From a virus, in IMG/VR virus record IMGVR_UViG_3300012202_000039, positions 15,974 to 79,973 of that record: DNA of 64,000 bases, one strand, 5' to 3'. The notes below the pieces were generated by a model. The model was not told the origin of the DNA. It saw only the letters and a list, made by a program, of their open reading frames with translations, and searched no databases. The translations under genes were made by a program, and so were the position numbers. Shown here in pieces: positions 57,605-64,000 of this stretch; within the stretch, counting starts at the first letter, position 1; every line of letters starts with the position of its first letter.

Positions 57605-57669
57605 CTGAATTTTATCTAGACAATCTTTATAACTACCTATGTATAAAGCATATAACTTTACAGATAACT

Positions 57670-58497
57670 TTATCTATATTTATTTCTCTTGTTATTACGT
57701 TGTTTTCTATCTTTTAATAAATTACATATATTTTCTACAGCATACTCTGATATTATCAGTGTATTTATATAATTCTTGCCTAATATCAAGATATCTTTAT
57801 TGATTGTATTGGCGTCATTACTATTTATAGGTTCCTTATAAGTTTTATTAATAAAATTTTGTCGTTTAACTTTATCTTCTTCTAAATCATAATTAGTAAT
57901 CACTAACTCCTTAGATATATAATCTTCTTTAAAATTTGCTGTTTCATCTATATTGTTAATAAAAGCTTTCATCTTTAATAGCATTAGGCGACTATATAAA
58001 GCTATAGTCATACCAAAGGCATACGAATCAGATACATTGTTATGACGCTTACTATTCTTAAATAAGCGTATTCCACAGGCTCGTACATATAATGCACTAT
58101 TTTCAAAGTACTGTAATTGTTTTTTAAGCAATAAATTATATTCTTCGTATGTCTTAATAAATTCATCAATAAATTCTTTAATACCTATAATTATAATACC
58201 TAGATATACAATGTCATTATTTAATTTTTTATTTATACTAAGAATGTCACAATTAAATATTTCTCCTAAAGATGATGCTAGAGCTTGTTGCCAACGTAAT
58301 ATAGAAACTTCTTCAAACATATATTCTATTGATTCAAATTCAGGTATGATATCTTCATCAGTTATAGAATATTCCTGCTTCAAGTTTAATATTTTTTCAT
58401 TAATTATCTCTCTTTCTTCGACAGAAGTTGCGGCATTATCTGCTTTTAATTTTAATTTACTTATTATACTAATTGTATCATCTCGTGTTCTTTTCAT
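57670..58497 (-). CDS. DUF2786-like protein
   Basis: I.KLK..A...ATS.EE.......L...Y.I N-terminus; W...LA, SYAFG motifs. Confidence 0.55.
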   Translation of the reverse strand: MKRTRDDTISIISKLKLKADNAATSVEEREIINEKILNLKQEYSITDEDIIPEFESIEYMFEEVSILRWQQALASSLGEIFNCDILSINKKLNNDIVYLGIIIIGIKEFIDEFIKTYEEYNLLLKKQLQYFENSALYVRACGIRLFKNSKRHNNVSDSYAFGMTIALYSRLMLLKMKAFINNIDETANFKEDYISKELVITNYDLEEDKVKRQNFINKTYKEPINSNDANTINKDILILGKNYINTLIISEYAVENICNLLKDRKQRNNKRNKYR

Positions 58498-58499
58498 TA

Positions 58500-59246
58500 T
58501 TATATCTCTTGTACATGTTTTTTAACTTCTGAGTTGGAAGTAATAAATAATTTGGATAAAAATTGTAATTCATAAGGATCAACACTATATTCTTTAGCTA
58601 TATTTTCATATAGCTCATCTTTAAATTTTTTATGCTTAGCTGCGGATAAGGCAGCTACTAGAGCTTTACTTTCATTATCAATAAAAGCTATTAAATCTAC
58701 ATAATAACTCTTATTCTTTTCTTTCATTAATTTTAATATTAATTCATCATAGACTTTACGTGTAATAGTTTTAAATAATAAATTTACGATAAGCTTACGT
58801 ATTTCAGCTCGTTTTATCTTTGGAAAAGAATAAATAAATTTAGTAAATATATGTAGAATTCTACCTTTTTGCTCTTTTTTAATAGTATCATTTATTAAAT
58901 CTAATTTTTGTATAACTATTTTATGTTCAATTTTATTATATCTTTTTAAGATATCTAAAATATCCTCCGTCGATAAGAGATAATTAACATACTGTGAAGG
59001 AGATTCAAAGTATATTATGTTTTTAAATTGTAATAATTTATCAGGTTGATCAAATATGAATATATTACCTTCATAGTTGTATAAATGTTTTTTATTATTT
59101 ATAACATCTATAGCTTTAGAAAATATTATAATATCTTTGTCTAACTTTAATCCAGTTTTATCATAAATACTATAAGAGTACTTGGTATATTTAAGTAAAT
59201 CTCTTATATAGATTAAAGATAAATTTGGAATACCAAATATAGGCAT
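58500..59246 (-). CDS. hypothetical protein
   Basis: 248 aa, GGAGG RBS. Confidence 0.55.
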   Translation of the reverse strand: MPIFGIPNLSLIYIRDLLKYTKYSYSIYDKTGLKLDKDIIIFSKAIDVINNKKHLYNYEGNIFIFDQPDKLLQFKNIIYFESPSQYVNYLLSTEDILDILKRYNKIEHKIVIQKLDLINDTIKKEQKGRILHIFTKFIYSFPKIKRAEIRKLIVNLLFKTITRKVYDELILKLMKEKNKSYYVDLIAFIDNESKALVAALSAAKHKKFKDELYENIAKEYSVDPYELQFLSKLFITSNSEVKKHVQEI

Positions 59247-59256
59247 ATTTTTCCTC

Positions 59257-61572
59257 CTAAAGTATTCGAGTTATTTTAGACTTTCCTCCCTGTTTAACTA
59301 CATGATATTCACTATTCGCGCAAGATATTGGGAATTCTTCTGAAGTTCTTGGGGTTATTATTACTAAATGTGGAATAATAGCTTTAAGCCGTGGAAGAAA
59401 TTCATCTGCTATTAATTTTAGAGTTTCTTCACCACAATTAGAATCTATTTCATCTAAAATTAATACATTAGTTCTCATATTATCTGGAATAATAGATAAC
59501 ATACTTAATAGACAAAGTAATCTAAAACATTGAGTTTCGGATCCAGATAATAATTGAACATCTGAACTAAGTCCTGAACGTAAAGCTATAATATCAAATT
59601 TATTCTCAGTTACGTTAAGTTTAAACTGGAAGTTTTCAGCAAATACCAAAGAAGAGTATTTGTTTAAACAATCTTCAAAAAGCTTAGCGAAACCTTTAAG
59701 TTGCTCTATACGTATGCCTTTAGGACCGTAAGCTAACACTAAATCTTTGTATAACTCAAAATCCTTTAAATCTATATTATATTGTGTAATATCCTTTTCA
59801 AAATCTTTAGATATATTTATATCATGTTTAAGCATACTTAAATCTATATTAAGTTTTTCAATATTCTCTTGCGTAGAGTTTATTTTTTGCATTAAAGGCA
59901 TTAATTTAATCTCTATATTAGATCTCATAATTTCTAGTTTATTAACATTTTTATTACCAAGTTTATTTAGAAATTTTTCATCAGATTTATATTCATCAAG
60001 TAATATTTTATATTTATCTAATGCTTTAGTATATTTAACTATTAAGTTATTACTATTATGTGGAAGTTTAGGTAATTCATTAATATCTAAAGTGGATATT
60101 TGTGTTTTTATTCTATATTTAATTTTAGCAAAATGTAACTTCTTAGTTAAACTATTTAATAGTTTATTCAGATTAAAAATATACTTAGTTGGATCTTTAT
60201 ATAAAGGTATAGTTAATGTAGCTAGCTTTTCTTTTAGTTCTACATATTCTATTTGTTTCTCTATTCTTATTTTATGTGAGTTATATTTTATTATGATTCG
60301 TTTAGCTTTATATAGATGAATTTTTGTTTCTTGTGGATTTAATTGTTGTTTACAAGTAGGACAGATTTTTTTACTAGATATATTACTAAATATTTTAATA
60401 TTATTAGTATAAGTAGTTAACTTAAATTTTATATTATCTAGTATATCTTTCAATACTTTAACTGGTTTAGCAGAGGGATATGCATTAGTTTCTAACTCTT
60501 GTTTAATTTCATTATATTGCTGAGCTTTCTCTTCTTCTTGATTATAGGTGGTAATTAATTCATTTAGTTTAATTATTTTACTTTCATAATACTCTATTGA
60601 TTTAATTTGCTTTAACTTAGTTAATGCTTTTTTATATTTTAATCGTTTGTCATGTAGGGGTTTTAATTCATTATATCTTATAATGAGATCTTTTAGTTTA
60701 TTAGTTTTATCTTCTATATTAGAAATATAGATATTTAATTTAATTATCTTCTTGCTTATAGTAGAAAGATCTAAATCTTTATGTTTGATATTATCATAAT
60801 ACATGAAATATTTATTTAAAGTATCTTGACGTTGTTTAAATTTAGTTTGTAAAACAAATAACTTATTATAAAGCTTACGTTTTAGTTTTAACTCACAATT
60901 TTTGTTATTTTGTAAAGATTCTAACTTATCTAACTTAGTTATATTATATTCTTTAAATAGATGTCCATCATGGTCTACTTTTTTATCCAAAATATATTCT
61001 AAAGTTACTTTTTTCTTTTTTAGTTCACCCAAATATTTATTTAACTTATTACGAATACTATCATATATTTCTAAACTAAATAGAGATTCAAAGAAATCAT
61101 GTCGTTGTGCAGATGTACCTACTTGTAATATATTATCACGTAAAGCATTTATATAAGTATAAGTATAAAAATGTTGTTCTTTTTGGTGAAAGAGTTTTTG
61201 AATTTCATTTTTTACTTCACTTCTAATTTTTATATTATGTTTTTTAGGATCAAAACTTTCTTTACTATCATGTTGATATACAACATAATTAACTCCGCTA
61301 TTTTTACTTTTCTGTTCAATATGACTTATTTTGCTATTTTCTTGAATACCAATACGTATATATGAATTACCATTATGAAGTTTTTTAGCCGTATTTTTCT
61401 TACGATCTAAAGGTGGAGAAAAATAGATAATATTACCTAATAAAGAGTATGCCAGACTTTTTCCACTACGATTACCTCCTCTAATAACTCGTAATTCGTT
61501 ATCTGGAAAAGTCAAATTCAAATTATCATAGGTAATAATATTTTTGGCTTCTAGATATAATAACTTAATCAT
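59257..61572 (-). CDS. SbcC/Rad50-like (T4 gp46-like) recombination ATPase
   Basis: Walker A GGNRSGKS, coiled coils, CPTC zinc hook, LSGSE signature, Walker B ILDE. Confidence 0.9.
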   Translation of the reverse strand: MIKLLYLEAKNIITYDNLNLTFPDNELRVIRGGNRSGKSLAYSLLGNIIYFSPPLDRKKNTAKKLHNGNSYIRIGIQENSKISHIEQKSKNSGVNYVVYQHDSKESFDPKKHNIKIRSEVKNEIQKLFHQKEQHFYTYTYINALRDNILQVGTSAQRHDFFESLFSLEIYDSIRNKLNKYLGELKKKKVTLEYILDKKVDHDGHLFKEYNITKLDKLESLQNNKNCELKLKRKLYNKLFVLQTKFKQRQDTLNKYFMYYDNIKHKDLDLSTISKKIIKLNIYISNIEDKTNKLKDLIIRYNELKPLHDKRLKYKKALTKLKQIKSIEYYESKIIKLNELITTYNQEEEKAQQYNEIKQELETNAYPSAKPVKVLKDILDNIKFKLTTYTNNIKIFSNISSKKICPTCKQQLNPQETKIHLYKAKRIIIKYNSHKIRIEKQIEYVELKEKLATLTIPLYKDPTKYIFNLNKLLNSLTKKLHFAKIKYRIKTQISTLDINELPKLPHNSNNLIVKYTKALDKYKILLDEYKSDEKFLNKLGNKNVNKLEIMRSNIEIKLMPLMQKINSTQENIEKLNIDLSMLKHDINISKDFEKDITQYNIDLKDFELYKDLVLAYGPKGIRIEQLKGFAKLFEDCLNKYSSLVFAENFQFKLNVTENKFDIIALRSGLSSDVQLLSGSETQCFRLLCLLSMLSIIPDNMRTNVLILDEIDSNCGEETLKLIADEFLPRLKAIIPHLVIITPRTSEEFPISCANSEYHVVKQGGKSKITRIL

Positions 61573-61575
61573 GAT

Positions 61576-62220
61576 TTATACAAACTTTGTAGTTTTAATA
61601 TTATCTAGGGTTAAACGCTCTTTACCTAATTCTAAAGCATCTAATTCTTTAAATACATCAATTATATCGAAAAAGAAATCACTCTGTATTCGTAAACGAT
61701 TAGGTATAACTAAATCAGTACTAGTTGAAGAAATAGATTTATTTTCAGTTAATTCTTCAATTCTTGATAAACCTATAGTAACAACACAAACTCCCATTTC
61801 ACGTATAATACGAATAGGATAATCAAAATCTGGATTATGTGTCATAACCCATATTACATCTAGCTGTGGATTATGATTATGTATACGTACCATAATATCT
61901 GTAAGCATTTCTAAATCTATACGTCTACTTTTAATATTATCTATAGCATCTCGTGTTCTAACTAGATAGCCTTGATAGGCTAAAGTCTGTAAAAAACTAG
62001 TAAAATTATCACTATTACGATCATTAGAATTTATAGCAGAGTAGTAATATACTCCACTAACTCTGTATTGTTGGCGTAGAGCTAAGAGAAATTCTTTATA
62101 CAAGAATTTAACTCGTAATCTTTGAGATGCCTTATAGGTTAGATCACTATCAATAAATATTGCAATATTAGTCCCTTTGTATATATCTAGAAATTTAGTG
62201 TAATTAGTTAATTTCGACAT
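61576..62220 (-). CDS. NYN/LabA (PIN-like) domain protein with degenerate active site
   Basis: IAIFIDS, YYYSA, IDLEM..D, THNPDF..PI...REMG..V..IG, SDFF.DI. Confidence 0.7.
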   Translation of the reverse strand: MSKLTNYTKFLDIYKGTNIAIFIDSDLTYKASQRLRVKFLYKEFLLALRQQYRVSGVYYYSAINSNDRNSDNFTSFLQTLAYQGYLVRTRDAIDNIKSRRIDLEMLTDIMVRIHNHNPQLDVIWVMTHNPDFDYPIRIIREMGVCVVTIGLSRIEELTENKSISSTSTDLVIPNRLRIQSDFFFDIIDVFKELDALELGKERLTLDNIKTTKFV

Positions 62221-62228
62221 AATCCATC

Positions 62229-63260
62229 CTATAAATGACTTAGAGCACAAATGATACTATCTTCATCTATTGGCTTGGTTAATAGTTCTTTTTTAACAAA
62301 GATTAGTTTATTATGTATTAATACAGAGAATTTAATATTCGGTTTAGCTATTTGACTTTGAAATTTCTTATATAGTGGAATAAAGCGACGATTAGCGGCA
62401 CCACTAAGTTCTTCCACAATAAATCTATTCAATAACATTGTGCGAAATAAAATAGATACTAATTGATCTTTATTAATTAAAGCTAGTTTGATTAAACTAG
62501 CTATATTATTTTTATATACGTTAACTAGAAATTCTACGGCTAAATCATCTAATGGTGATTCTGTTTTTAACAAGATAGATTTAAAAGTGCTATCATCTAT
62601 TTTGAATTTAGGATTACTCGAATAACGGTTAACAAAGGCTGAAAATTGGTTGATAGAATCTCGTATACTTCCATTAGAGTTAATTGCTATATATTTACAT
62701 GCTAACATCAAGGATTTAGGGGGTATTTTTAGCTGTTCTTTACCTGCTATATATAGCAGGTTATCTATAATAATGTTAGGTGGAATATGCTCTAGAGCTA
62801 TAAGTTCGCAGCGATTTTTGATCGTAGGTAATAGTGCCTCGGGCTCATTAGTACAGAGAATCCAGATAATATGCGGTGGGGGTTCTTCTAATGCCTTAAG
62901 AAAAGCATTAGAAGATAACTTCTGAATACCTTGTACCTCGTCGAGGATAATAACCTTGTATTTATGCTTGGGCTTAAATCGTATAATTTTAACCAGATCA
63001 CGAATATCTTCAATACTTCTCTTATCACTAACATTTATCTCTATTGTATCTTCATCAGAGTTGTTTAGTTTATTAGCAATAATTCTAGCTAGGGTAGTCT
63101 TGCCCGTACCAGTATTACCTGTGATTAGTATACGTGGTGGTATATTAGTATTCTTAAGAAAACCCCGTATTTGTGCTACAGCATTCGGTTGCCCCAAAAA
63201 TCTCTTCAATATTTTAGGGCGATACTTTAGATCGTAAGGAGTATTAATCATTTTTAGCAT
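62229..63260 (-). CDS. DNA polymerase III gamma/tau-like clamp loader ATPase
   Basis: KYRP....LGQ, GNTGTGKTTLAR, VIILDEV, NAFLKALEEPP, TIKNRC, GSIRD. Confidence 0.9.
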   Translation of the reverse strand: MLKMINTPYDLKYRPKILKRFLGQPNAVAQIRGFLKNTNIPPRILITGNTGTGKTTLARIIANKLNNSDEDTIEINVSDKRSIEDIRDLVKIIRFKPKHKYKVIILDEVQGIQKLSSNAFLKALEEPPPHIIWILCTNEPEALLPTIKNRCELIALEHIPPNIIIDNLLYIAGKEQLKIPPKSLMLACKYIAINSNGSIRDSINQFSAFVNRYSSNPKFKIDDSTFKSILLKTESPLDDLAVEFLVNVYKNNIASLIKLALINKDQLVSILFRTMLLNRFIVEELSGAANRRFIPLYKKFQSQIAKPNIKFSVLIHNKLIFVKKELLTKPIDEDSIICALSHL

Positions 63261-63453
63261 TGATTAATTTGTACCCAATTCTCACACGTTGTACTATATT
63301 TCTAGCAATTAACCTATCCAAAGATTTTTCAACTTGGTCTAAATCATACCCCCGAAACTCTTCTGCTTCTGTTATTGAACAGATAACTCCATAATTATTA
63401 TTACATCTAGATAGATATTTTATTATATCTTGCTGTATTTTACCAAGTTTCAT
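63244..63453 (-). CDS. small winged-helix-like hypothetical protein
   Basis: 69 aa; V..SL.RL..R.IV.R...GY.L. Confidence 0.45.
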   Translation of the reverse strand: MKLGKIQQDIIKYLSRCNNNYGVICSITEAEEFRGYDLDQVEKSLDRLIARNIVQRVRIGYKLINAKND

Positions 63454-63457
63454 TAGT

Positions 63458-63880
63458 TTATTCTCCCTCTAGATTTACGCTCAATGGAATGCTAATATAC
63501 TTAACTGGAGCTATAGGTTTAAGCATCAAATCAAAACTATAATCATCTACGAAGTTAACTTTAACTTCACGAAATGTAGAGCTATATTTTTCTGTTAAAA
63601 TGACAGATATATCTTCTTCAGTAAAATCGAATGTTTTTAATGTATCAATAAAACACTCTACACTTAGATTATGAAATAATTTATTAATAGTTTCTGCATC
63701 TCTACTTTTTAAAAGAGCTTTTGTATTATTATTTAATGAACTAGCATAACTTACAGTAGATTTAAAAGTAGTGCTATCTTCAAAGTTATTGTAACTCATA
63801 ATACCGGCCACAGCTGATTCCATAGAATTTAATAGTCGGCTAACATTAATGTTATCTTCAACTTTTTTAATTTCAGTCAT
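63458..63880 (-). CDS. stand-alone tail sheath C-terminal-domain-like protein
   Basis: NINVSRLLNSMESAVAGIMSYNNFE vs sheath NINVRRLLIFIEVAITDALDFDLFE; FDLMLKP vs VDIYLKP; AGGAG RBS. Confidence 0.65.
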   Translation of the reverse strand: MTEIKKVEDNINVSRLLNSMESAVAGIMSYNNFEDSTTFKSTVSYASSLNNNTKALLKSRDAETINKLFHNLSVECFIDTLKTFDFTEEDISVILTEKYSSTFREVKVNFVDDYSFDLMLKPIAPVKYISIPLSVNLEGE

Positions 63881-64000
63881 CTTAGTTCTCCTATTAGTTC
63901 AGACTGTGTTTAGTTTATGTTAAACCTAAGTTTAGCCCCCGCTATCATATGTAGATATACCTTAGCAATCTGATTATCTCCATGTTTATCGGTAATCGCG

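Noticed and set aside
1766-63237. Many short ORF-track entries antisense or out of frame within long genes (e.g. 6537, 11727, 45678, 50056, 59747)
   Set aside because: Shadow ORFs of real genes; no RBS or recognisable motifs
1-64000. Stop-codon reassignment as seen in some large phages
   Set aside because: Genes are full length in code 11, and TAG, TGA and TAA all end ORFs just before the next RBS or start

Overview
AT-rich segment of a large contractile-tailed (myovirus-type, probably jumbo) phage genome. A Gram-negative host is inferred from the two-component spanin. The plus strand (1-56.8 kb) carries the virion module in this order: intein-containing portal, prohead protease, paralogous putative internal head proteins (HExxH pair plus a pseudogene, a glycine-zipper trio, a PrsW/CPBP-like protease), scaffold, decoration protein, major capsid protein, a free-standing PD-(D/E)xK homing-type endonuclease, sheath, three tube-like proteins, a chaperone with a probable +1 frameshift, tape measure with a GH73 domain, T4-like baseplate, many fibre genes, holin and spanins. 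The minus strand (56.8-64 kb) starts a replication/repair module (SbcC/Rad50-like, NYN, DnaX-like). Highlights: (1) two small stand-alone genes that copy pieces of this phage's own virion proteins, a portal clip-region mimic (11068-11280) and a tail-sheath C-terminal-domain mimic (63458-63880), which are candidate decoys or assembly inhibitors; (2) an apparent three-gene operon of Hfq-like protein, tubulin/FtsZ-like GTPase and the portal mimic inside the head module; (3) a long hairpin upstream of the endonuclease whose loop holds a recurring CTGTAAAT promoter-like motif; (4) a CCC-TAG +1 frameshift site before the tape measure gene; (5) loop-less palindromic terminators. All family calls come from motif recognition by eye, with no database search.
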